This document shows, piece by piece, positions 11,615 to 22,836 of a stretch of DNA of 64,000 bases. The stretch comes from Flectonema sp. DT1601 (Eukaryota). The stretch's first letter is position 1, and every line of letters starts with the position of its first letter. Where the stretch lies: positions 248,001 through 312,000 of the forward strand of contig OZ025802.1 in assembly GCA_964019425.1 (NCBI GenBank), read 5' to 3'. The notes beneath the pieces were generated by a model that was not told where the DNA came from, ran no database searches, and worked only from the letters and a program-made list of their open reading frames with translations. The position numbers were made by a program, and so were the translations under genes.

Positions 11615-14600
11615 TTATGGATAGACAGGTTTTGCAAAAGCAGCAACTCTCTTTGCCCAGAAAGCTGAAGTGTCTGGTGTTACAGTTGGCGTAGCTCCCT
11701 TACAGGGAGGTGGCTTCCAAGGTGCGTTATTGCGATCGGGTGTTCTGAAGGATTTGTTTTGTTTCTCAGATGTGGTTGAAGAACACTCTGATCTGATTGA
11801 ATATCTGGCTGTCGCATCTTTGTGTGAAACTAACATTGAAAGACGACGAGTTCCTTCTTGTTCTTCAATATCACCTCTGTTAGTATTCTCAACAATTGGT
11901 ATTGACATTAGAGTTACCTTTTCCTTACCAACAGATCCAGTACTACTTCTGCTGTGAGTGCGACCAGAACGACTCCGGTCTCGACTCCTTATAGTTGTTG
12001 ATGTTGATTCTGGATTGCGTCTTTCATGTTCTACAGCTTTCCGAAGGGCAGTCATTCCCATCTTTGGATTTATTTTTTCCATTAAGACCTTCTCTGGAGG
12101 TTCAACAAACGCTCCTGTACCAGCAGCCACAGCGGGACCAAATTTCTTTTTTGATGAAACTGTTGTTCGTTTTGGTTTCGGACGAAATCCACCTTTCAGA
12201 ATGATAAGATTTTGATCTCCTTTATCGGCGTCAGGATCGAACCCCTCCTGAGGTACGTATACTGCTGTGTAGTTAGTAACGTCTTGTTCCATTCCCACGT
12301 CCATTTCCACGTCCATGAAGGGTGTTGGTTTTGGTAGTTGAGCCTCTGGACGGAGACGGTTTAGCAGTTGTTCACCTTCAGTACCTTCGTAGCCGTATCC
12401 TTGTTTTACTGTAAAAGAGTTTTGATCTTTAAAAGTATTCCTCGCATGCATTAACGTCGTTAATTTGTTATGTCTGGCAGTAGTGTCCAGTTGGTTAAAT
12501 CCTTCAGCGTAGCTGTTGACTCGACGACGACGACGAGTTTGATGAGATGCGAAAGTATGTTTTGGTGTAACTACAACATCATTAGAAGACTGATGATGTG
12601 ATGATTTCGGTGTAGAAGATCTCAAGTCAACGTGATCAGTCCAAGAGATGGGATGTTGAATAGGAACAGATCTCGATCTGACTGATGTTTTAGTAACACA
12701 AACAACATCAGCGATCGGAGCGATGCTGTTCCTCCTTGTCTTCCTTCCATCAGTTGGATTGTAGTGAGATGGTTCACACGGTACTGTTGAGGTACTCGCT
12801 TCTCTTATTGCGTGTCTTGACTCTTGTATCTCTCTTTGAATAAAATCAGTTGATAAATCAGCTGCTTCTTCACGAGCTTCTTTAATTATAGAAAGGGGTT
12901 CCTGATCGTTGATGAAGTCAGGTTGCTTTATCTGTTCTGTTGTCACACGAGAAACAATTTTTATCAAAGAAACGTCAGAGTCAACAGACTCATCTGTTTG
13001 ATGTTTTTCAGATTCTCGAATGTTTGTTGTGATAGTGTCTGTTGCTTTTTGTAGGATGCTAGCAGACAGTTCGAGTTCTTGTTGGTTATCAAATTCATCA
13101 CCAGAGATCTCAGATAAGGATTCATTCACTAATTTATTAATCGGAAGTATCTCATCCAACCGAGGTGACAGTCGGTCATCTCTTGGAGGTGATTCTTCCA
13201 AAGACATTTGAAGAGCTTTTTGTGATAATATATCACGCAAAGGAATAATATCAGTTTTATCACTTTGTAAAGCATCTGTTGGCTTTCTAGGTGACGGACT
13301 TAGTACGTCAGCTGGGTAATAACGAGAGAGAGAGTCATCCATGTCATCTTCTAGGACAGTCGTCATGGGGATTGGAGACATACTCTGTGGAGAATAGACA
13401 TCGTCATTGTCGATATTTTTAATGATCGATTGGAGAAGCGATCCTTCTCTTTTAAATGAATTTCCAGGTGTTTGAATTTTTGATTCAAAAACCTCACGAT
13501 CGGGTGACACAGATCCGAACATTAGCTTACTACTATTGTTAACTACTGAAGGTGGTGTGGGTGCTATTCTAGAAGGCTTATTAAGCCTCCGTGGTGTATG
13601 TATTTGAGAGGAGTCACCAAGTATATATTTCACATAGTGAGTAAAAGAATTCATAATTCGTATTCTAGCGACGTCTTCTGCTGCTTCACAATGAAGTCTT
13701 TCTAATTGACGTCTTTCAACATCTTGTTTTCCCCAAAGTTGAACTCTGTTAATACGTTCAGTTGAGAATAGTTGTTCCTGTTCTCGTTGTTGTGGAGATC
13801 GTTTCTTGTTGGCTGCTTTGTTTTTTTGAAATTGAAAATTTTCTTCTCGTCTATTAAGTGACTTTGCTCTATCCACCAAATCACTCTGTAATTCAGCCAA
13901 CAACAATGTATCATTTTCAGAAGCTGTTGAAAGATCTTCGTGTACTTTAACTTTCAATTGCTCTTCTCTCTTCGTCAGTTCTATTTGCATGTTGGCTATT
14001 TTAGCTTCAGCTGCTTTCATGGTGTCGGTTTGCATACCAAGTTGTTGCTTCTTTTGTTGGAGTATTTCCTTCTCTCGTTCGTAGTTTTCTTTGTCCTTAA
14101 GAAGCTTCCTTGCTCTATCGACTATCTTCTTCTCTTTGTGTTGTAATTCTTGCTCTTTGGTAGTTGTGTTGCTGTTGAGCTTTAGTGCTTTGTCGCGAAG
14201 GGATTTCTCTTGTTGTCGAAGAGCTGCTACTTCTTCCTTGTGAGTAGTTTCCTTTATTTTCAGGGAGGCCTCGCGTATGTTAATATTTTCAAGTTGCTCG
14301 TGTTGCAGTGAAATGGCCGCTTCTCGTTTGGCATTTTCGCTCTTTTTGACAGATAATTCAGCATAGGCATCACGTTCACGGCGTTCTAAGTCCGTTGCCT
14401 TATCTTTTAGTGCTTCGCGTTTACGAGACAGAGATGCTTCTCGGTCGCGGTTCTCGGCTTGTTGTCTGACGACTTCCTCCCTCTTCGCTGACAGTGAGCG
14501 TTTGCGTGCAGTTACCTCAGCATTGTGCGTGTCTTGTTGCTGTTGCTCGAGGGTTTTAAGACTTTGCATTTGCTGTGCAATTAAAGATTCACGTTGTGAG

Positions 14601-17600
14601 AATTGTTGCTCTCTGGTTGCTTCATCCTCAGCAACTGTTTGCTGTTTGCGTGTGACTGACTGCTTGAGATCCTGCAGCAGGCGGGTCTCTTGCAAAAGCT
14701 TTTCTTCACGAATTTGAAGCGACGATTCCTTCTCCGAAAGTAGAAACTCACGTTCATCAAGCTGCGATTCCTTTTGTGATAATGCTGCTTCCTGATCGGC
14801 AGCAAGCATATCGCTCTCAGAGACACAACGCTCACGTTCATTAAGAATCATTTCCTTATTTAGGAAGGCTTCCTTTGTCAATGCGAGTTCGGACTGTAAA
14901 TCTGACAAGTTAGCCTCACGCTTTATGAAGGCTTCCTCCCTCTGAAATATTGTGGCTTCCCTCGCTGAGCTGATTGCTTCGCGTTCTAAAAGTGTTTGTT
15001 GAGTATTTAATAGTTGTCGTTCAGCTTCTTCAGATGATTTCTCGCGGTTTTTTAATCGAATCTCCAAAGATGCAATTTCCCGTTCCCTTCCATCGAGATC
15101 TGATGACTTCACAGATTGGTATTTGCGATCACGACCAGTGTTGTCTAGCTCTTCAAGGACAGATTGAAGTCTGTTTTCAAGATCTAGTTTACGAGAACGT
15201 TCTGACTGGATGATGTCTTCGTAGTATCGACGGTTCGATTCCTCCAGTTGTTTGTTTTTAGAAATTAGTGCTTGCTCACGTTGTTTGAAATCACGTTCCA
15301 ACTCAACCCTGTCATCCCTTCTTTGCTTCATCATTTCCTGTTCTCTTAGAAGTAGTTGATTTTGATCTTCTTCAATTCGCTGTCGTTCTCTTCGATCTCT
15401 TTCAGTTCGAAGGGTTTCCTCGGCTTCTCTGTTGCGTCGTTCTTCAGCGAGCATGTCTTCTCGTTTTTGTTGAAGTTCCTGTTCTCTTTCTTTAAAGATA
15501 TTCAGGTCAGCCTTTCTCTGTTCCTTCATATCATATGAATTAGATAAGTAACTCTTCCTGTCGCTATCAAGGTTTGACATTTGAGAGTGAAGTCGATCAA
15601 TTTCTTGTTGTTTTTTAGAAAGTTGTTCTGTGGAGGTGTGTTTTGCTTGTCGTACAGCGTGTTCGTTGTTGCTTTTTAGTTTGTCGTTGTCGAGCTGTGC
15701 CTGTCGAAGTGCTTGGACTAATTCTGCTTCGTGGAGTTCTTTTTGCTTAAGTTCCCTTTGAATTGTAAACAACTGCTGTCTGTAATTCTGAACAAGCTCA
15801 TCCTTCTCAGTATGAATACGCTCAACTTCAAGCCGAGAATCTTCCAACGACGTTAGCAACTCTGTCTTGGAAATATCACTTTGAAGAATCTGTCTATTCA
15901 TCTTAATGAGGTTTATTTCACATTCATCATCAGCTCGATCTTTCTCTTGTTGGAGTCTACTTATATCGTCTAGCATTGAATTATCGCTCGTCTCTTTGTG
16001 TTGTTTTAGTTGATTAATTTCTTCGACTAATTTATTATTTTCACTTTGTGTTTCCGATACCAATAATTGCATTTGATTAAGTTGCTCTACTCGATTGGAG
16101 TTTTCTGATTCCACGTTTTGCAGTTCTCCCAAAATTGATTTTTCAGAAATTTCTTTGTTTCGAAGTTGTTGTTGAAGGTCATCAACTTCAGCACTTCTCT
16201 GTTGTCTGATTCGCTCCATGTCGTCAACAAGTTGATTTTTTTTCCGTTGAGTTTCCACCACCAATAGTTGCATCTTGTTCAATTCCTGGTCTTGGATATT
16301 TTTTACTGCTTCTATGTTATGTAAGTTTCCCAGAATAGAATTTTCAGAAATCTCTTTGTCCCGAAGCTGCTGTTGTAGGTTAACAACTTCAGCAGTTTGT
16401 TTTTGTTTGATTCGCTCCATGTCATCCAAAGCTTGATTTTTTTTTCGCTGAGTTTCAGCAACCAGTAGTTGCATCTTGTTCAATTCCTGGTCTTGGATAT
16501 TTTTTTCTAATTCTATGTTATGTAAGTTTCCCAGAATAGAATTTTCAGAAATCTCTTTGTCTCGAAGCTGCTGTTGTAGGTTAACAACTTCAGCAGTTTG
16601 TTTTTGTTTAATTCGCTCCATGTCATCCAAAGCTTGATTTTTTTTTCGCTGAGTTTCAGCAACCAGTAGTTGCATCTTGTTCAATTCCTGGTCTTGGATA
16701 CTTTTTTCTAATTCCATGTTTTGTAAGTTTCCTAAAATTGAATTCTCAGCTGTTTCTTTGTCCTGAATTTGTTGTTGTAGGTGATCAACTGTAGCTGCCT
16801 GTCGTTGTTGGAATTGCTCCATGTCGTCGATGAGTTTAGTTTTGTCTTTTTGGGTGTCTGCTACAAGGAGTTGTAGTTTGGTTAACTCTTTGTCTTTATT
16901 GATCGTTTCTAGTGCAATGTGTTCTTGTTGTTGTTGAAGTAATTCATTTTGTTTTTGTATATCCCCAGCTTCAGCTGTCAACCGTTCCTTGTCGCGCTGT
17001 AACTCCTGTATTACGATGTCTGTTTTTTCTTCCTCAAGCTTTAAGACATCATTAGGAGTGGCAATCTCCCCAGCAGAATAATCAAAACCATTATTGTTAC
17101 TTTGATAATTCCTAGCTGAACCTGGTGTTGCTGTTTCAGTTACAGTGCTGTTAGTAGCTTCATCATCAATCGGTTGATTTATCGGTGAAGAAAGTCTTTT
17201 CAAAGCACTAAGAAAACCAGCAGTATCAGGTGTGTCAGGCATTACCTTAATAGCACTAGTAGGTGATAGCCTAGACAAGTAAAGTTCTGTTGGTGTAGTT
17301 CTGTGAGGTGTTTGGTCTACATCAGGTGAATCATCGGATACTGACCAAGCAGATGACATCAGTGATTGTCGAGGTGGTTTTGAAGGAGTCACTGATGGGA
17401 AAGGACTTCTAAGAATTGGGCTGACGACAGAACCTATTCCTGGACTGCTACCAATAGAAGGCCTTCTTGAAGTAAACGTAACAGGTCTATCAAATACAGG
17501 TGATGTAGTAGATTGTGGGAATGTGATAATGTCGTCTTCAATACATTGGGTAGTCTGTTCTACTCCTCCAACTTGAACTCCTTGAGAATAACTTTCTGAA

Positions 17601-17989
17601 ATATTTAAAATTCTCGTCGGTGACGGAGATATAATTTCTTTCTTATCATTCGGCTGTGCCAAAGACTCAGGAGAGAGATTGCCAAAAACCCAATTTGGGA
17701 TGCTTTCCGTACTCTGTTCTTGTTTGTCTAATGCCCATGGCGGTGGAGAATTTCCCTTTTCATCTTGTTTTTGATGTTTTTTCCCACTCTTCGGTGAATC
17801 CATAATATAATCTAACATCCTTCGTGATGGCTTAACATTATACAGCGGTTTGTGGACTCCAATCCGTGATGTTGTTTTCTTTATCTTTGATACTGAACTA
17901 CTGATAGGGTACACTCGTCCTTTATAAACAGACGTGTCATTTGCTGAATTGTCAGCCATGCGATCCTGATAATGGATTAAAAGAAACAT
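11615..17989 (-). CDS. Very large coiled-coil protein (2124 aa; alternative ATG at 17959)
   Basis: Uninterrupted 6.4-kb ORF with Q/E/K/R-rich heptad region flanked by S/P/T-rich disordered termini. Confidence 0.85.
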   Translation of the reverse strand: MFLLIHYQDRMADNSANDTSVYKGRVYPISSSVSKIKKTTSRIGVHKPLYNVKPSRRMLDYIMDSPKSGKKHQKQDEKGNSPPPWALDKQEQSTESIPNWVFGNLSPESLAQPNDKKEIISPSPTRILNISESYSQGVQVGGVEQTTQCIEDDIITFPQSTTSPVFDRPVTFTSRRPSIGSSPGIGSVVSPILRSPFPSVTPSKPPRQSLMSSAWSVSDDSPDVDQTPHRTTPTELYLSRLSPTSAIKVMPDTPDTAGFLSALKRLSSPINQPIDDEATNSTVTETATPGSARNYQSNNNGFDYSAGEIATPNDVLKLEEEKTDIVIQELQRDKERLTAEAGDIQKQNELLQQQQEHIALETINKDKELTKLQLLVADTQKDKTKLIDDMEQFQQRQAATVDHLQQQIQDKETAENSILGNLQNMELEKSIQDQELNKMQLLVAETQRKKNQALDDMERIKQKQTAEVVNLQQQLRDKEISENSILGNLHNIELEKNIQDQELNKMQLLVAETQRKKNQALDDMERIKQKQTAEVVNLQQQLRDKEISENSILGNLHNIEAVKNIQDQELNKMQLLVVETQRKKNQLVDDMERIRQQRSAEVDDLQQQLRNKEISEKSILGELQNVESENSNRVEQLNQMQLLVSETQSENNKLVEEINQLKQHKETSDNSMLDDISRLQQEKDRADDECEINLIKMNRQILQSDISKTELLTSLEDSRLEVERIHTEKDELVQNYRQQLFTIQRELKQKELHEAELVQALRQAQLDNDKLKSNNEHAVRQAKHTSTEQLSKKQQEIDRLHSQMSNLDSDRKSYLSNSYDMKEQRKADLNIFKEREQELQQKREDMLAEERRNREAEETLRTERDRRERQRIEEDQNQLLLREQEMMKQRRDDRVELERDFKQREQALISKNKQLEESNRRYYEDIIQSERSRKLDLENRLQSVLEELDNTGRDRKYQSVKSSDLDGREREIASLEIRLKNREKSSEEAERQLLNTQQTLLEREAISSAREATIFQREEAFIKREANLSDLQSELALTKEAFLNKEMILNERERCVSESDMLAADQEAALSQKESQLDEREFLLSEKESSLQIREEKLLQETRLLQDLKQSVTRKQQTVAEDEATREQQFSQRESLIAQQMQSLKTLEQQQQDTHNAEVTARKRSLSAKREEVVRQQAENRDREASLSRKREALKDKATDLERRERDAYAELSVKKSENAKREAAISLQHEQLENINIREASLKIKETTHKEEVAALRQQEKSLRDKALKLNSNTTTKEQELQHKEKKIVDRARKLLKDKENYEREKEILQQKKQQLGMQTDTMKAAEAKIANMQIELTKREEQLKVKVHEDLSTASENDTLLLAELQSDLVDRAKSLNRREENFQFQKNKAANKKRSPQQREQEQLFSTERINRVQLWGKQDVERRQLERLHCEAAEDVARIRIMNSFTHYVKYILGDSSQIHTPRRLNKPSRIAPTPPSVVNNSSKLMFGSVSPDREVFESKIQTPGNSFKREGSLLQSIIKNIDNDDVYSPQSMSPIPMTTVLEDDMDDSLSRYYPADVLSPSPRKPTDALQSDKTDIIPLRDILSQKALQMSLEESPPRDDRLSPRLDEILPINKLVNESLSEISGDEFDNQQELELSASILQKATDTITTNIRESEKHQTDESVDSDVSLIKIVSRVTTEQIKQPDFINDQEPLSIIKEAREEAADLSTDFIQREIQESRHAIREASTSTVPCEPSHYNPTDGRKTRRNSIAPIADVVCVTKTSVRSRSVPIQHPISWTDHVDLRSSTPKSSHHQSSNDVVVTPKHTFASHQTRRRRRVNSYAEGFNQLDTTARHNKLTTLMHARNTFKDQNSFTVKQGYGYEGTEGEQLLNRLRPEAQLPKPTPFMDVEMDVGMEQDVTNYTAVYVPQEGFDPDADKGDQNLIILKGGFRPKPKRTTVSSKKKFGPAVAAGTGAFVEPPEKVLMEKINPKMGMTALRKAVEHERRNPESTSTTIRSRDRSRSGRTHSRSSTGSVGKEKVTLMSIPIVENTNRGDIEEQEGTRRLSMLVSHKDATARYSIRSECSSTTSEKQNKSFRTPDRNNAPWKPPPCKGATPTVTPDTSAFWAKRVAAFAKPVYP
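16070..16880 (-). repeat. Intragenic tandem repeat, 201-bp (67-aa) unit, about 4 units (boundaries approximate)
   Basis: gtaagtttcc recurs at 16321, 16522 and 16723 (201-bp period); NSILGNL...QQQLRDKEISE repeated. Confidence 0.9.
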
Positions 17990-18202
17990 TTAAACAGAAA
18001 ACTGACAAAACCACACACACAATATGTTGACTGCTGGCAGTAATACTGATAGCCCAGCGGGGAAATAGAAAACATTTTTGAACATAATAAATAAAGGCTT
18101 CGTTGATGCAAAAAAAAAAAAGTATTGTGTTTTACAATAATAAAACGACTGGTTGCCGTTCTTAGTTTTGGGAAGTTTTTTGTGCCGTAATCAGGATACT
18201 TC

Positions 18203-18233
<31 letters not shown>

Positions 18234-18365
18234 TGTAAATAAAATGTTATTATTAAGCTATATGGGAGTTAAACAAACAAAATAAAATAAAATAAAATAT
18301 ATATAAAAAAAAAATCGTAAGGACGTCAAACATATTAATCGTTTTGGTTTTAAACGAACTTCTCA

Positions 18366-20102
18366 TTAGGATAGTTCAGCATCGACGTCGTCAAGCGTCC
18401 ATTCTGCTTCACGAATTCCAAATTTACTCCATTTTCTGGTGTTGCTTGCTATCGAAGTGCTCAAGGCATCAGGTCCTGCACAGCATGACGACTGAGTTAC
18501 TACTGTGGTATCAAATATAGTGATCGAATTGTCAACAATTGAACGAACAATTCGAAGTGAGCAACTGGCAGCGTCTTGTAAGAATTTCTTTAAAGTGTCA
18601 GTTGGATCGGATTTTATTAAAATGTTACTCGAGCCGGAATTGTACTGAAGTTGGATTTCATTGAACTCGACTGGAATACCACCGAGCGTGCAAACTTCAG
18701 AAAGAAACGGATCGTCGAGAACGTCCTGTACCCCACTGCGAGTAGTAGGGCAAGGATCGAGAAGCCCAATTAGTATATTTATGAAACCACCAATTTCATT
18801 GTTTCTTTTATCCAACGTCGGTTTACAATAAATAAGATTTTTATAAAAATTTTGAACATTTGAAAATCCCAATCCAATCTCTTCAAGTTGCTCATCTGAA
18901 ATTCTCCTTCGCAAAGACAAACCCGAAGAGTGTGGAATAATATGACAAGAAGTCAATAAAATGTGAAGAGTAACACCAAACTGCCACATATCAGTTTCTT
19001 CACCAGCAATTTCATTAGCAAAAGCTTCCGGTGGAAAATACGCCGGCGATCCAAAATATCCGACACACTGGTCAGATGGTAATCTTCCATAGCTGTATCC
19101 TGTTAATTTTACATTATCATTTCTGTCAACAAGTAGGTTGCATGGTTTTAATGATCTGTGTAATAGGTTACAGTAGTGTAAGTGTTGGAGTCCCTTTGCG
19201 ATCGCAACTGTATATTTCTTTAACACTCGGTGGGGTACTTCTTCTGGTAGAGGAAGGAGGTACTCAGATACAAGCATAAATCCCTCACCGCTTTCAATTG
19301 TTCCATATATTTTACAGAGGTTTGCGTGTGATATAGAAGTTAACGTTCCTACTTCCAATCGAGTCCTTGAAATAAATTCTTTCCAAAATGGAAATTTCGT
19401 ACTACGAAAACTCTTTATCGTATACCCCTGGTTTGATATATTGTGGATAGCCAACTGAACCGTTCCAAAAGTACTTTTTTCTAGAGTTCGTACTAAGGTG
19501 TAATTATTTAACACAAACATGTCATTCGGATCTTTGCCTCTCTTTATCCAGCTGTTTGAACATCGTTGTTCGAATCGAGGATTTTTTGGTAAGTTAGTGC
19601 ATTTGTAACATTTAAACCCCTCGTGTTGTTGTGTTCCCGCGAGATCGTCTCTTCCGCAAACGCAGCAGGCTCTTGTTGAAATAACGACTGAATTACATAG
19701 GAGGTCATCCTTCCTGGCGTAAAGTTGTTCCGCAAGGCGTTCTGCCTGATTGCGTTGCTCTTCCAAGAGTGCTTTTTCAGTTATCATACACTGGCGCTGT
19801 CTTTCTAAAAGACCAACTTCATTTCGTAGACTTCGCACTATGCTAGTGCGTTGAATGCGTTGTACGTCGATGTCTTCAGTTCGGATTCTAAGCTCTTCTT
19901 TCAGTTCAGAGATCTCAAGTCGCATTCTTTTAACAAGTTTATCTCTTTGTTCTATAACTAAAAGTAGTTCTGTTTGTATTTTGATTGCGTTAACTAACAA
20001 GTGATTGGTAGGGTCAGGGTCTATTACTTTCGGTTCAAGTAAAAAAGTTGTTGGAAGTATCGGCATCGTCTTCGCCGGGTCATCAATATCGTCATCTCTC
20101 AT
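18366..20102 (-). CDS. Protein-kinase-fold protein (probable pseudokinase) with N-terminal coiled coil and CxxC..CxxC module
   Basis: 578-aa ORF; kinase subdomain order LEKSTFGTV, YTIK, HRSLKPCNLL, GSPAYFPPE, DMWQFGV. Confidence 0.85.
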   Translation of the reverse strand: MRDDDIDDPAKTMPILPTTFLLEPKVIDPDPTNHLLVNAIKIQTELLLVIEQRDKLVKRMRLEISELKEELRIRTEDIDVQRIQRTSIVRSLRNEVGLLERQRQCMITEKALLEEQRNQAERLAEQLYARKDDLLCNSVVISTRACCVCGRDDLAGTQQHEGFKCYKCTNLPKNPRFEQRCSNSWIKRGKDPNDMFVLNNYTLVRTLEKSTFGTVQLAIHNISNQGYTIKSFRSTKFPFWKEFISRTRLEVGTLTSISHANLCKIYGTIESGEGFMLVSEYLLPLPEEVPHRVLKKYTVAIAKGLQHLHYCNLLHRSLKPCNLLVDRNDNVKLTGYSYGRLPSDQCVGYFGSPAYFPPEAFANEIAGEETDMWQFGVTLHILLTSCHIIPHSSGLSLRRRISDEQLEEIGLGFSNVQNFYKNLIYCKPTLDKRNNEIGGFINILIGLLDPCPTTRSGVQDVLDDPFLSEVCTLGGIPVEFNEIQLQYNSGSSNILIKSDPTDTLKKFLQDAASCSLRIVRSIVDNSITIFDTTVVTQSSCCAGPDALSTSIASNTRKWSKFGIREAEWTLDDVDAELS

Positions 20103-22161
20103 AGTGTTCTGTGATATAATATGGTGTGACTAAATCAGAATATATATAAAACAATAAAGAAGAATTACTGATACGGTAAACAATGAAACAGTCTGGTAAA
20201 TTATACGACATTACCACACTACCATAAGGCGTGAAGAGATCAAATAATCGTGTCCTAATTACCGCACTAAATAAATAAATTATTAACGAAGTAGCAAACA
20301 TAATACACATCCCATCCATCCATCCATTTTTTTCCGTTGTTATATATGTTGAGAGAGAAACAAACGATGAAAACACATGAAATAGAATACAAGAAATAAG
20401 TTTCTTTTTTTTATGTCTTGTAAAAGTCACCATCGACAATAAGACAACGTGAGCAACGCTTCCCCGATAAACCGATTTCAGTCATCGGTAATGCGACATT
20501 GGTGTTAAAGAGAATAGCAATGGGATGGTTTGAGGAGAGGGAACGAGAGAGAAACATGACTTCCAAGAAAAAAAAATAGCAAGTCCGTTTTTTTTTTCGT
20601 TTTTTATTTTTTTTTTTTTTTGATGTGGTGTTAACTTGTTGTACCGCACTAGATGATCAAAACAGTCCGCTTTCAACTATCGAAAACAGGCAAGGCAACA
20701 GCGAAAATATGAATTCCGAGTCGCTTAAATTATGCACCAGCTCTACCCGTCACGTAATCAATAACAGACATGTTTGAGTCCAACGGCGGACCGATGCGAG
20801 TAGCTTTTACAAAACGAATATTAAAAAAAAACAACATATAAAATAAACATATCAAGGACAATCAACAACACCAACAAAAATGATGCAAATCCGAGGAAGT
20901 CTCACAAATGGCATCAAATGTTTCAGTGTCTTTTTTTCACTAGCTGCGGTGCAATACCCGACAGTCTTTTGGAAAAAAAAAAGTGATGTAACAACTTATA
21001 AGTAAAAGCGTGCGAGAAGAACTGAATTGCAACTTGCTCCATACCACCCTGGTGGGTTCGTGCAATGTCACCGCTAGCATTTTAAAAATAAAAAAAAAAG
21101 ACGCAAGTTGACATCATGCACTGCCCCCACTCTCCCCAACAAACAAGTTGAGAATAATTTTATTTCACAAAACAAATATTTAAAAAAAAAAAGAAAAGAA
21201 AGCAACCAAACTATCCAGAACTGATGACAGCAAAAGTATTTGACGCATATCGTGTCCATCTCGTACGAACTAGTAACTTAAAACACGGTGAGAAAAAACG
21301 CCATCAGGTAATAAGAAGACTCTGGAAAGGAACTCACCTTCCCATTGTATTTATTTATTTTAATAGAAATTCATTCATTTTTTTTTTTGATTGATTGATT
21401 GTCAGTAATAGAAGAAAATTAAAAAAAAAAGTCATTCACCACTAGGAAAAATTGAAATTGCTGAAGGGGGTCACGAGAGGAATATTATCATCTCCTACAC
21501 AGGAATATGACAACGCTAACGATAGGCATATCTACAACAGGCAATTTTCTTGGGGAAAATTCTGACCAAAGTCCGTAAGAAAGAAAAAAAAAAAACAATC
21601 TATCAACAGAGAGGAGATGCATAAAAACGACATGGTCACAAGAATCAATTAATCTCTGAGATTAACCTTCTATTGGTTTTTTATTGATTTTTTTATTTTT
21701 TTTTTTTTTTTTGAAGTCTTCCACACTGAAAGAAAAACTAAAAGAACTGGTCCAAAATGTCAGCGGCAGAGATGGAAATAATTGTTACTTTTTTTGTCTG
21801 TATGTCATCGCAGAAAAATTTTAAAAAAAACTCCCAGGAAATAGCTACGAAGCTCACTGGTTAGGCGATATAAAGTTTGAAGTTCTGGTTATGACAACGT
21901 GGACTTTCGCACGCTTTATGCTGTTGGACTCTTTTGAAGGAAAAAAAAGAGTTTTATTTTTTATTTGATTGACAACCGACAGAACTTCAATAAGAGAATG
22001 AAAAAAGAAAAAAAAAAAGAAAAAGGACAGCATTCATTTTTTTATCCGCAGCTATTCCAAGCTATTATTATTATTATTTTTTTTTGGTTATTTGTTGATG
22101 TTTGAAAAAAAAAAAAAAGTTTTTTTTTTTGATAAATCAGGTTTTTTTTAATACTTATTAT

Positions 22162-22836
22162 CATAGATGGAAGTGCCCTACAATTTGGAGGGCGTGTAGG
22201 GCGCTTTTAATATAAATATTATTTTAGAGGGCGCTTTTTTTTACCCTTATTATTACTTTAAGACAGCTAAATTGACGGGGACTTACACTGACGCACAAGT
22301 ATTTTGACGCAGAAGCCAAAAAAAACTTTTGACATGCTTGGCAGTCTTTCGAAAAAGAGAAAAAAGGTTCGAACCCGAGACCTCCAGGTCATGGTTCGGA
22401 GGTCAACAATGGCAAAAACAATGGGCCTCTCCTTGAGAGCTTCCCGAGCCTGCTGCAATCCCTGAAGCTGAAACTCATGCATCCCAGATCTACAAGGAGC
22501 TGATTAGCCCGCAGAATGCACCGAGTCGAATATAGAGGGATTCGAGGAGGGAGAGTGCGTTCTTGCTAACCTGTTAATAGGCCGGTCTTCACGGTACCTT
22601 GTGAGAAAAAAAAGAAGTTTACTGGTGGCAAGTAAACTGATATCCCAGAGACGCATTTGATCGGGCGAACCGGAGAAAAGTCAAATAAGATGCGATTCGA
22701 CCCTCGTTGAGGGCAGGGGTGTGTCAAAATGAGCTCGGCATTATATTAAATTTAATTAAAAAAGCGCCCTACGCGCCCTCCAGCGCCCTATTTTGGCCCT
22801 ACAAATTTTTGTGGCTGATTTTCACTTCCATCTATG
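22162..22836. mobile_element. Non-autonomous TIR DNA element (MITE-like), copy 1, 675 bp
   Basis: Perfect 14-bp TIR CATAGATGGAAGTG (22162-22175) / CACTTCCATCTATG (22823-22836); flanks TATTAT / TATTAC; near-identical inverted copy at 59627-60401. Confidence 0.9.
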
